Assembly: GCA_043228905.1 (NCBI GenBank)
Contig: JBHGNT010000011.1
Location: 2,418,001 to 2,482,000 of the forward strand
Source: Azolla caroliniana
Taxonomy: Eukaryota > Plantae > Polypodiophyta
Direction of reading: 5' to 3'
Length of the DNA stretch: 64,000 nucleotides
Part shown: piece by piece, positions 27,536-43,459 of the stretch
How positions within the stretch are numbered: the first letter of the stretch is position 1
How the letters are laid out: every line of letters begins with the position of its first letter
Made by a program: the position numbers and the translations under genes
The notes under the pieces: model-generated
What the model saw: the letters and a program-made list of their open reading frames with translations, nothing else
What the model was told of the DNA's origin: nothing
Databases searched by the model: none

Positions 27536-28995
27536 ATTAGTTAAAAACTAATCAACAATCATTTTTTGAGTTCAATAATTTACTTGGTAGTTCTTTATGG
27601 GTATGGACTTTTACCCTAGTGGAGACATGTCTACCACATCTAATGTAATTATCGATCTGGGAAGTATACTATTTTGTGATTCAATTGAATATATAATCGA
27701 GCTTTCAAATATGCAGTCGAGTTGTTGTGTTTTTGGTTTCAAGTGTCTTTACCATTTGAAGTTTAGGTTGACAAACTCCTCTCTAATAGTTAAAAAACAG
27801 TCTTTACAACAGTGAATTTAGAACTATTAATGTTGAAAGAATAACTCTTTTGAAATCTGGTTTGTGAAGTAACTTAATAGTGTGAAATTTGCAGCTATTT
27901 GCAGCTCCAATATGTGGATGAGAACACTTCTTTCTAATGAAAAATGTAGTCCAAAAGTGTTACTTTATAAGAAGTGCTTTGTTATATTTGGCTGAAACTT
28001 ACTAGTGCACAAAATCCTTAAAATCTCATCAAACAAAAAAAATACTTTGAACCTAGATACCTAAATTGGCCATTACACAAGAATTATACTGTCTTGAAGC
28101 AGTTTGAATCCTTGTTTGAATCCTTGAATCCAGAATATATCTTCTGTTTGTATGTAAATACGGGGAAATGCATCAAAACGAGTAGAATGAATGCAATGAA
28201 TCCAGAATTATCTGTTGCATTAAATTAGATATATCCCAAGACTTTTGAGTTCCTGACAATAGCATTTTGAATGCTTATATGATCACCTCAGATTCTCCAC
28301 AGCAAGGTACATATCTATATAAGAACCAGTCATTTTATTGCACATCCTGAATATTGGGAGTTCTGATACATGAAAGCAGGTTGCACAAAGTTTCTGTACT
28401 ACATTCAAAACCAATTGTTGTATGATGTTTAGACACATGGAATAAGTCATTGAAATAACTGTGAGTACTATCTATTCCAACATGTAAGAAATGTGTAACA
28501 AAGGCAGTGCAAATATACTTGGAAGTTGGAATTATATAACAATATGGAGACAAAAGAAATGCGTCAAAGAAAATAATAAGCCAGTGCAAATGTAGTTAGA
28601 ATGAGGAGGCACATTTATTATTATCAATTGTATACACTATGTTTATTATCCACATCATTTTAAGATTAAAGCTCAATAGGCGACAAAGGAGTTTTGAGGT
28701 CACTTCCCTATAGATAATAGATAGATATGTTTATAACATCCATGGAAGACCAATTTATGAGACGGGGCCTGGCCCCTGCGAGGATTTATCGACTACTCAA
28801 GAGATGATTCCAAGAAAGGTTGTTATTAACGAGTAAGATGCGGAAATACAATAAAACCTCATAAAAGTCTCATGTACAAATGATTCCCTATTTAAGACTA
28901 TAGCCTCATCATGATTGTTTTTATTACAAAGATAAAAATACACCTATATTCCAAAATAGCTGAGAGAAAGATATTCTTCAACACCAACATTTCGC

Positions 28996-32832
<3,837 letters not shown>

Positions 32833-33316
32833 AGCTATGAGCTATTACTGACTGAGTAAAAATGAATATGTATGGATTTGATTGAACTGTTTTTACTATT
32901 ATTATGTTCTTCTTTTAATTTGTTCTTTGTTTTTGTTATCTCTTGAAATAATACATACAGTCTAGTCTTCTGTATCTATCCATCCACTCTACACATTTGC
33001 AATTCAAAAATCCATGGTGAAAATACAAGAGGAAGAATTTTTTTACATTACAATTCGACACGAGAGAAGAGAAGAGAAGAGGAGAGGAGAGGAGAGGAGA
33101 GGAGAGGAGAGGTGCCGAGAAGCGTGTCGCTCCCTGAACATAACACCGAATTTGTCTTGAACAATCAGGTTAGTGATAGGATTGGCTCCCTGGACATACG
33201 CCCGAAACAATCACCGAATTGTCCTAAATAATCAGTTTAGTGAATGGGATTGGCTTGAGTTGTTTGATTTCCGAGTGCTCGCAACATGTGTCCCTTCTGA
33301 ATGGTCGAGTGTCTTT

Positions 33317-33560
33317 CGGTGGTTTATGTTTCAACCCCAATCATACCTACGAGTATGGCTTGAATGAATGAGAGAGGATGGGATTGTCTCAATCGGTGGT
33401 TTATGTTTCAACTCCAATCATACCTACGAGTATGGCTTGAATGAACGATAGAGGATGGGATTGTCTCAAAGTGTTGATTTTTGAATGCTCGCAATGTGTC
33501 CTTTTGAATGCCCCAATTCTTTCAATGGTTTATGTTTTAACTCCAAGCGTACCTACTAGT
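33317..33560 (+). repeat. About 77-bp tandem duplication plus a degenerate third copy upstream of HEMB
   Basis: ggtggtttatgtttcaac(c/t)ccaatcatacctacgagtatggcttgaatgaa...gaggatgggattgtctcaa twice. Confidence 0.85.
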
Positions 33561-33839
33561 ATGTAAAGATGTGTGTGTGTGTAATTCTATGTATATATGT
33601 ATGTTACAACCTCCACATATATTCGAACCCTTTGCGTTTACATTACAAACATAAGTTCTTATCAATTCAAATATATCTTTTTGTTATCTTGATATATAAG
33701 ATAATGCCTCATCCCATCACATATTCTTCTAGGTTTGCCTTTGTTTTAACCTTCAACTTTTGATAAACCTAGAGTATGATGCTTTTCTTCTTGCAACATA
33801 ACAACGTGTGAATAGTCAAGTTCTGGCTCTTGCGTGTGT

Positions 33840-34400
33840 GTGAATCGTCTGGCAGCTTTGTAACCGGCCCAATCGGCATGGGTATATCCTTTGTGTTGAA
33901 TAGAAATCCCCGATTTGTAGAGAATAACGAAATCCCTTGTCCCACTCACATAGCGTAATACTCGCTTAGCGCAGTCCAGATGGATGTTTCGTGGTGTCTG
34001 CATGAACTGGCTAAGGAGGCCGACTAAATAACTCAAATCAGGCCAAGTGATGGTGAGGTAAATTAAGCTGCCGACTAGTTGACAGTATGGAGTTGGATTG
34101 CATCCTGTAGTTCCAGAGTCGACATCGATCTTCTGATTACGATCGAGGGGGGTTGCTACGGGCTTACACTCTGTCATCCCAAACTTGAAGAGAAGATTGA
34201 GAATATAGTGTCTTTGAGAGATCAGGATGTCGTCGGGGGTCCGAATTACTTCTATTCTTAGAAATTAATGGAGCTCCTTCATATCGGTCATTTCGAATTG
34301 GTCGGAGAGTAGCTTCTTGGTATGTTCGATGTCCACGATATACTCTCCTCAAATGACCAAGTCGTCCACATAGATTATGATGAACAATTGTCCTCTGGAA
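33840..34400 (-). pseudogene. Copia RT/RNase H fragment (related to family B)
   Basis: IIIYVDDL, LVGSLIYLTIT, GYTHADWAG motifs with frameshifts. Confidence 0.85.
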
Positions 34401-34409
34401 TCATTGATT

Positions 34410-35647
34410 CCAGAGGGAACCAATTCATGGTGGTCTATTTAGATGACATCCTCATATACTCCCCGGATCTCGATACCCATGACCAACATGTCCGCCTGGT
34501 GTTGTCAAGACTTTGGGAACACGGTTTTTACACCAAATATGAGAAATGCGCATTCGAGCTACCTTTTGTATAATTTCTGGGCTACATCTCTCTCGATGGT
34601 ATTTCCATGGATCAACGGAAAGTGGCCGCAATTCAAGAATGGCAATCTCCCACCCGTGTAAGAGATGTTCAATCCTTCCTTGGCTTTTAAAATTTCTACT
34701 ATCAGTTTATTAAAGGGTTCTCCAAAATTGTGCAACCATTGGTTGCACTCACCCGTAAGGACCGATGACCATTGGTTGCACTCACTCGTAAGGACCGACC
34801 CTTCTGCTGGACATTGGCAGAACAATCTACATTCATGGCGCTTAAATATGCCTTTATGATCGCCCCAATACTCCTTCACCCCGACCCAACAAAGCCATTC
34901 ATAGTGGAAACAGATGTGTCAAACTTTGTTATCAGCGTTATCCTCTCACAACCCGACAATGATGGGGTACACCATCCAATAGCTTACTACTCGCATACAT
35001 TCACAATTCCAAAGATAAACTACCTGATCTATGATAAGGAACTTGCAACCATTATCTCTACATTCAGAGAATGGATGCCTTACCTAACTGGGGCCCAACA
35101 CCGTGTTCAGGTCATAACCGACCACAAAAACATTCTCTACTTTTCTTCTACCCGCACCTTGAATAGTCGACAACCTCGATGGTCAATTTTCCTTGACGAC
35201 TATGACTTCGAAATCGCGTTTCATCCATGACACCAACATAGCAAAATCGATGCTCTTTCTAAGCGGCCGGAGCTAGCACCCAGCCTCGGGGATAAGGCAT
35301 ACGATCAACAATCCTAGTGTATGTTGACACCTGATCAAGTTCAAATATTCACAATCTATGTCCTCCAAGACGAGATCTTCCTTGCTGACATCACCACGAC
35401 CACTGCAACCGATTGCTTTGTTCAGGAAATCAAAGCATGTTTCGAGGATCCAACTCATTGATCACAGTCAGATGACCTTGAAAAATTCTCCTTTCGAGAT
35501 GGGGTACTCCTGAGGAACAATCTAGTTTATGTCCCACAAGGGTGGTGTTGAGTTTGCATTTTAACTGAATGCCACGATGGTTTGCTTGCGGGCCATTTTG
35601 GGGTCGCCAAAATTTTAGAGTTGATCTCTCAGATCTATTGGTGGCCC
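34410..35647 (+). pseudogene. Gypsy chromovirus-type RT, RNase H and integrase-start fragment
   Basis: VYLDDILIYS, FIVETDVS, IYDKEL, TDHKN, ECHDG..GHFG..YWWP; truncated by the LTR at 35648. Confidence 0.88.
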
Positions 35648-35968
35648 TATTGAGCGAGCAAGCTCAACCAGATCCAGATCGGTTGAATAAGCCAAAGCCG
35701 GATCGGTATCCGGAATGGAGAACCAGATCGATGTTTGGATGATATCCGGAACCAGGAGCCGGATCAGATTGAAACCAATAGGCTGTTAGAGGCCTATGGA
35801 TTTAGCCTAGTACGTAGGCATATTTTTGGGAGTCAGTGTCAGTCGCTCGTATGAGCATTGAAGTACATGCCAATACTTCTGTCAGTCCTTTATGGACTTG
35901 TATAAAAGTGCTCTTTGAGCACATTCTATGTACAGAGGATTGTCATTTTTTAATTGAGTTTATGTTTT

Positions 35969-36008
<40 letters not shown>

Positions 36009-36545
36009 GTATATGCTAAGTACTCTCAAGCTTCCATTGAACTTGTGTTTATTCTCTGTCGCTATCTGGCTAAATTGGTTTTGTCAAAACTTCCGCATGC
36101 TAACTTTCACATGGTATCAGAGTGTGAGGGTTGAGACTCCTCGGAAACCGATAGATGCTTTCGAAGACAAACCCTAACACTCGGTGAAGAACAGAAGAGG
36201 ATCGAGATGGACAAAGGTATGGCAAGTTCGCTTCCAACAGAAAAGCTTGACCGAAGCAACTATGTGTCTTGGTCGTATAAAATGCACCAGTACCTGCTGG
36301 GGCATGGATATTGGAGCTATGTGGAAGAAACTAACAAGCTAGCATTGGAGTCGGCACACAAGGACTTCCCAGCATGGGAACAAGGAGCAAGTAGAGTGCT
36401 TTACTACCTCACGTCCTGTGTGCATGATCAGATGCTCGGCTACATCTGTCAGGAACAGTACTAAGACAGAGAAGGACTTAGTACTAAAAGAAGTATTAGT
36501 ACTAAGAGAGGTGAAGAACTCTTGAGAGAAGGAAAGAGTGAGTTA

Positions 36546-36585
<40 letters not shown>

Positions 36586-36870
36586 TGATAAGAAAATATA
36601 TATATTATGTGAAGAAAATGTACAGTAGCTAGGAGGCTTAAGATTGGCGTTGAACCGATTTGGTTCGAAATAATGCCTTGTGCCTCCTTTTATAGTGTTC
36701 TAAGGAATACTCCTGAAGTTTCTAGAATGTTCCAGAGAAATCTGGAATATACATCAATTTTCTATAATAAAACATAAATGAAAATAATATTTTACGTATT
36801 ACAATGTATAATCTAATGGTCAAGAGCTCGACCCATGTAGCATAAGGTCATGGGTTCGAGTCTTGCCATA

Positions 36871-39800
36871 TCATGACACTATCCCCCCTTTAAAACGACG
36901 AGTGTAACGAGTCGTTTTGGATTGAGGACCCGGTTTGTCTGGAAATTGACGATGGAAGTCTTCAAGAAGAGCACGAGCATTGGTGACATTCTCTATCGGT
37001 TCCCAAGTACGCTTGCTGGGACTATATCCTAGCCAATCGACTAGATAGTAGGGCTTGTTGCGAACAAGCTTGGAATCAAGGATGGCGGCAACCTCGTACT
37101 CAGGTCCATCTTCAAGCTCGATCGAGGGTGGAGGCTGTGTAATACGGCCTGGGATGGTGCTCTCTTGATAGGGTTCGAGGAGAGAACTATGAAACACCGG
37201 ATGTATCCAAAGTTGTGGAGGTAGATCAAGACGAAAAGCGACATCATTAATCTTTCCTATAATACGGAAAGAACCTAATCGCCGATAATCCAACTTCTCG
37301 CATGGGCGAGTAGTCTTGATGTGTCGTCGGAGTATCCATACCCGATCTCCAATGTTAAAACTAGATGGGAGTCGATGACGATCCACATAAACCTTGTGTG
37401 TTTGTTGAGCTTGTTGGAGATGAGTAGACAAATCCGCTTGTATCTTGCGTAACCTCTCCAAGCGATCCTCTGCGCAAGGATTTGTGGACACCTCTGGGGT
37501 TTCAAGTACACACCACCGGGGGTGACATCCCGTATAAGCATAAAATGGCGTAACTTTCGTGGATGTGTGGATAGAGTTGTTATAGGCAAATTCGGCGAAG
37601 TGGAGAATATCTGCCCAGTCATCCTGATGATAGCTGAGAAAGCACCGCAGATATTGCTCCAACGTTTGATTGGTTCGTTCGGCTTGGTCATCGGTTTGTG
37701 GGTGGTAGCCGGAGGAGAGGTTACAAGTGACCTTGAGCATGTTAAAAAGGTGCTTCTAGACATTTGACACGAACTGGGGTCTACGGTCGCTGATGATACT
37801 ATCGGGAAGTCCATGATGCCGACATACTTCACACATGACAATTTCGGCAGTGTCTTCACTGGAGATCTCCTTAGTACATGGCAAGAAATGAGCCATCTTC
37901 GTATATCGATCGACCACCGTTAGAATCGCATTGAACCCCTTAGAGACTGGAAGATCTGTGATGAAGTCTAGAGCAATGGACTGCCACGGCTTGCTTGGAA
38001 TTGGTAATGGTTCTAATAAACCATATGGATGATGCCTTGGCATTTTCGCTCTGCAACATGTATCACAAGTCCGAACAAAATCCTCGACAAATTGTCGCAT
38101 ATAGGGCCACCAGAATGATCGTTGTACTAAATGTAGTGTTTTAGTACTACCAAAATGCCCAACTGTATATGTGTCATGACAGTTTTGTACTACTTGAAGG
38201 CGGCAAGAACCATTAGGAACATACAAAAGTTCTTTAAAGAAGAGTAATCCATCATGGTATTTGAATTGCCGATAGTCCGTACCTGGTGGTTGCGACTATG
38301 AACACGACGCTCGAGAGGGATCAATTTGTGCTAGTATAGCTTGGGCGAACGCATCTGTCTTCAAGTCTTCGTGTATGGTATCGATAACGCAGGAATCCAT
38401 GGGCATGTCAAAGATCTGTGTTGCTTGTAGTCGTGCCGGTCCCAAGATGACTTGTTTTTGGTTATCGAAAGCTGGCTCGCCAGGACAGGGTGCTAGATAC
38501 GAACGCCGTGATAATGCATCTGCCTTCCCTTGGTGCTTCCCCGGATGATATGTAATTTTGAAGTCGAAACGCGTGAGGAAGTGGGCCCACTGAGCTTGAC
38601 GTTGATTCAACACACGAGCATCCTGAAAGTAGGCAAGGTTCTTGTGGTCACTAAATACGGTGACCGGATGAGAGGATCCCTCCAAAAAATGCCTCCATTG
38701 CATAAAAGAATCCACTATTGCCAATAGCTCCTTATCATGAATTTCGTAGTTGATTTCGGCGGCGTCAAACTTGCGTGAGTGAAAAGCCACAGGATGTAGC
38801 TTCTCATCATTCCCCTGTTGTGACAGAATGCTCCCCAATGCAAAATCCGATGCGTCAACTTCGATAATGAATGGTTTTTCCGGATCGAAATGAGCTAGAA
38901 TTGGAGCCGATGTAAATGCCTTTTTAAGACTCTCGAAAGCCACATCCGTTTCTTCAGACCAGATGAACGGTTGTCCCTTCTTGGTAAGTTGTGTGAGAGG
39001 TAGAACGATCTTTGAGTAATCTTGTATGAACTTCCGGTAATGATTGGCAAAGCCTAGGAAGCATTGCACATCCCGCACCGAACGCGGAGTCTGCCATTCT
39101 ACCACTGTTTTGACCTTAGCTGGGTCCATGGAGATGCCTTCTGACGAAATGATGTAGCCGAGAAATTCCACTTGGTTGCACCCGAAACTACATTTTTCTA
39201 GCTTTGCATACAAACCATGTTCTCGAAGTCTTTTTAGTACTAATAGTACATGAGAATCATGTTCTTCTTGGGTCTTTGAATAAACCAGTAGATCATCCAA
39301 ATAGATGATCAAACAATCATCCAAAAGATCTCGGAATATATCATTAGCCATGTGTTGGAAGACTGTCGGTGCATTAGTGAGGCCGAACGGCATGACCGTA
39401 TACTCGAAATGCCCATATCTAGTGCGAAACACGGTCTTCCATTCGTCTCCTGGTCGGATCCGTACGAGGTTATATGCTCCCCCGTAAGTCGATCTTCATG
39501 AAGAGCCTAGCACCATTGATCCGTTCTAAAAGACTTGAGATAAGGGGAAGAGCATACCTATTCCTGATTGTAACCTTATTCAGGCCATGGTAATCTACAA
39601 TGAGACGAAGCGATCCATCCTTTTTCTTGACGAAGAAAATGGGCGCGCCTCCTGGAGATTTCGAATGCCGGATGAAACCATTTTCCAAATTCTCCTCTAT
39701 ATAGGCCCGAAGGACTTCCAGCTCGGTTGGTGACAAATTGTAGATCGGTCCCCATGGCGGCTCTTTTCCCGGTTGTAAATCAATGGGGCAATCGTATGGT

Positions 39801-40468
39801 CGATGATGAGGAAGTGTGTTGGCTTGTACATTATCGAACACATCGGCGTAATGACGATACTTCTCGGGAAGTTGAACGGTGGATTCTTCTTTAGTGGTGC
39901 TGGAGGGGTTTACTAATATTGCAAAGAGGAACATTTCCTCCTTGTGCCCTTCTTTACGCAACTGACGTAGTGAAATGGTTGCCATCTTCTGAGTTGACCC
40001 TTGGGTTTGTCGACACCAGATTTCTCTTGTTCTCCAATCTATGTCTGGGTTATGTAACTCGAACCATGGTAATCCTAAAACTATGGGATGTTCTAGGATA
40101 CTAACAATATTAAATGATACTACACATGCTAAGTTATCTAGGACAATATTAATGGGCTCTGACTCTTCTATGATATTTCCGGAGGCAATGGGACGTCCAT
40201 CAATGACTACTATAGAGGCTGGACACTGGAGTTTTCTTAGGGATATCTTATGAGCTTGAGAAAATTTCTTATCCATAAAGCAAGAGTTAGCTCCGGAATC
40301 TAGGAGTGCTATGACATGTACTAGAGGGGTACTTTTAGTACTAACTATTACTTGGGCTACAAACACATCACTAACTTGCTTAGAGGGAATGGAACCACTA
40401 ATGGGCTGCACAGATCTAGGGTTGTCCAACCAAACGACTCCTATTTTGGCTGGACTTAATTGTTTAAC
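36871..40468 (-). pseudogene. Chromovirus pol (PR-RT-RH-INT-chromodomain), in the -1 frame relative to gag
   Basis: ORFs 39470-40429, 38296-39432, 37756-38226, 36871-37740; one frameshift near 39480 and a few stops. Confidence 0.92.
40417..40468 (-). promoter_or_regulatory. Putative -1 ribosomal frameshift signal
   Basis: G TTA AAC in gag phase (40468-40462), 6-nt spacer, 11-bp stem gtccagccaaa/tttggttggac; the -1 frame is open into pol. Confidence 0.75.
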
Positions 40469-41607
40469 TCTTCTTCTAATTGACTAAGGACATCAAATCT
40501 GTTTGCTAGATCTGGGCTATTAGTACTATTAGTACTATCAGATATTCCTACTGAAATAGGCTCGGGTTTAGTACAATTAGAACTAACGACTATTTGGTTT
40601 ACCTGTCTTCTTGGCCTATGGGGGCAATTTATTGCAATATGTCCTAGTCCACCGCAGTAAAGACATAGTCGATTTGTACGACGTCGCTGCTTTTCTTCTT
40701 CGGATAATGGCCCTCGACAACGTGTAGTGTCAATCTCCATCGGAGTCGGAGTATTCGCTGGAGTCGCATTATATGACTCCCTCGGAAAAGGTCTTGCTAC
40801 CACTGAGGCGTAGGTGGGCTCTGATCTTGCCCTCGGCATCTATAGCTGTCGTTCCAAACGTCGCTCAAAGAGGCGGTTGTCACATCTCACCGCGCGACTG
40901 ATTGCTTCTGTTAAGGACTTTGGCTCTTCGAGGAAGGTCAAGAGTAAATCCTTGACGTCGTTGCGTAAACCATAACGGAATTGCTCCATCAACGCTTGAT
41001 CATCCCAAGGGATATCGGCGGCGAGTAGGTGAAAATCTGCAGCGTATGTGGAGGCTGGACGGTCACCTTGGCGTAATCGCCGAATTTTGTTGATTGCGGT
41101 CCTGATGCTGTCAGTATCTCCGAAACATGCTTTAAACTCACCTAGAAACTCTTCAAATTTGTTGAGTAACGGAGATTCCTTTTCTAATAGTGGAGCGAAC
41201 CATGCCAACGTTGAGCCACTTAACAAAGTGCCCACTAAACCCACTCGTGATACATCGGTGGGATACCGGGAAGGATGCATTTGAATAACTAATCGTACCT
41301 GGTTAAGGAACCCTCTAAACTGCGATCGCGTTCCATCGAACTTCGTGGGAAGGCCAATCTTGGGTTCTTTATGAATCCCTTGTGTTCCGGGCCCTTGTTG
41401 TTGCATCGTTTCGATGGTTGCTTTGAGTTGTTGCACGCGTAACGCAAGTTCCCCATGTTGTTGTTGCGTTTGCTGCTTTTCTAAGGAGATTTGCTAAAGA
41501 TCCCCCAGCAACCGTTGGTTTTCTTGTTCCAAAGCATGGAACTTCTCTTTCAAGCATTGAAATTCCGAGAAAACAGATTGATATTCTTCAGCGCTAACAG
41601 TGGCCAT
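40456..41607 (-). pseudogene. Chromovirus gag (384 codons, 2 internal stops)
   Basis: ATG 41607 in frame with ORFs 40840-41436 and 40456-40839; PEG10-like capsid and CCHC knuckle. Confidence 0.88.
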
Positions 41608-41666
41608 GGGATGAAAGAAAAGAGGAATAAGAGATTAGTAGGAAATGAGAGAGACAGAAGATAGGA

Positions 41667-41678
41667 AAATCGGTTCAA
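41667..41678 (-). promoter_or_regulatory. Non-tRNA, self-complementary primer binding site
   Basis: ttgaaccgattt 2 nt after the 5' LTR is the exact complement of aaatcggttcaa at 41848-41837, 33 nt downstream of the TATA box at 41881. Confidence 0.8.
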
Positions 41679-42688
41679 ACTGTCAGGAACAGTACTAAGA
41701 CAGAGAAGGACTTAGTACTAAATGAAGTATTAGTACTAAGAGAGGTGAAGAACTCTCGAGAGAAGGAAAGAGTGGGTGAGAGGGAGGGAGAGAGAGATCG
41801 AGAGAGTGAGAGAGTGATGATAAGAAAAGACTGGCGTTGAACCGATTTGGTTCGAAATAATACCTTGTGCCTCCTTTTATAGTGTTCTAAGGAATACTCC
41901 TGAAGTTTCTAGAATGTTCCAGAGAAATCTGGAATATACATCAATTTTCTATAATAAAACATAAATGAAAATAATATTCTATGTATTACAATGTATAATC
42001 TAATGCTCAAGAGCTCGACCCATGTAGCATAAGGGCATGGGTTCGAGTCTTGCCATATCATGACAACATCAAGGATACAAAAATGCCGAAGGAGGCTTGG
42101 GAAAATCTTCGGAATATTTTAGCTGCAAGTACCACAGCCTGTAAGGTGCAGCTTCGGCAAGAGTTGAACAACATCCGGTAGAGAGACATGTCAGTTACAG
42201 AATACACCACAAAAATAAAGGAGATTTGTGACGCGCTCGGGTCCGTCAATGTGACGGTGGACGAAGACGAAATGGTACAAATCTGCCTTGGTGGTCTAGC
42301 ACAATGGTACGGGCCAATCCGGACGGTGATATGCACCCGGGAGAAGCCACCATCCTTCTTCGACCTGCAATCGATGTTGATGGTCAAAGAAAACCATGCG
42401 AGTAGGTCGAGGACCACTCAACTGGACAATCAGATGTTGTACATAGAGGCGAACCGGCCCCGTGGGCGTGGAGGACGAGGTGGGTCGGCACGCAATGGAG
42501 GCAGCCGACAAGAGCAGAATCGAAGGCACCGAGATAGTGCCGACAGCAGTTCCGGGCCCTCCACGAGCAGGAGGAGTCAAAACAGCGCTGGAAACCGGCA
42601 AGGGAAGGCGGACACAGAATGTTGGTATTGTGGCAAAAAAGGCTACAGAGAAAGTGAGTGCTAGAAAAAGCGCGCCAATTCAGACAAA

Positions 42689-42862
42689 TCCGGATCCGAG
42701 AAGGCCGGACAGGGAAACCGACAAAACTCGCACTACACAGAAGGATCAGAAGGATACGAAACAGGGAAGACCGGTTCCGGATCCGACAAGGCCGGACAGG
42801 GAAACCGACAAAGCTCGCACTACACAGAAGGATCAGAAGGATACGAAACAGGGAAGACCGGT
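42689..42862 (+). repeat. In-frame 87-bp tandem duplication after the gag zinc knuckle
   Basis: tccggatccga(g/c)aaggccggacagggaaaccg...gaagaccggt x2. Confidence 0.9.
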
Positions 42863-43459
42863 AAAGGGCCAACCTTCATGATGAAGCACAAGGCGAACTC
42901 GATGAAGAAGACCACTTCCGGATCGGAGGAAGTGTGGTACGTTGATTCCGGAGCATCTAATCACATGACGATCCATGAAGAGTGGTTCTCGTTTTTAGAG
43001 AAACCGGAACAACCAAGAATTGTCGAAACTGGAGACGACACCCCTCACCTGATTGTGCATGTTAGAAAAGTTCCTTTAAGCCATGTTGAACAAAAGGGAA
43101 AGCTGATGAACATACTACATGTTCCGACAATCACAAAGAACCTGGTGTTGGTTGGACAAATCGTCGACCAAGGAATGCAGGTGCGGTTTACGCACCTCGG
43201 GTGCTTCATCGAAGAAGAAGGCCGGATAATCATGCAAGGGCGCCACGACAGGAGGATGTTCATCCTTGACTCCAATGACGTACGCTCCGCTATGTTTGCA
43301 AAAGGACAGAAGATCGAATCAGACAGAAGATCTCTGGCACAAGCGGATTGGTCACGTCAATTACCAGAGGCTTTAGGACCTACAATCGAAACAAGTTGTT
43401 CTCGATTTGTCGACATTTAGTGGCCGCAAGGCCCGAATATGTGAAGCCTGCCAATTCGG

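Larger units (their letters stand above)
36447..42065 (-). mobile_element. Full-length Ty3/Gypsy chromovirus (Tcn1/Tf1-sushi-like) with TSD ACATC
   Basis: LTRs 36447-36878 and 41681-42065, TSD acatc 36442-36446 and 42066-42070, PPT aaaggggggatag next to 36878. gag 41607-40456 (PKIGLPTKFDG, CLYCGGLGHIAINC), PR LLDSGA, RT IYLDD, RNase H, integrase, chromodomain EYEVAAILDS...YLVDWLGY...TWEP. Confidence 0.97.

Noticed and set aside
36802-36878. Functional tRNA gene
   Set aside because: A/B-box spacing fits but acceptor and T stems do not pair; kept only as a tRNA-like finding
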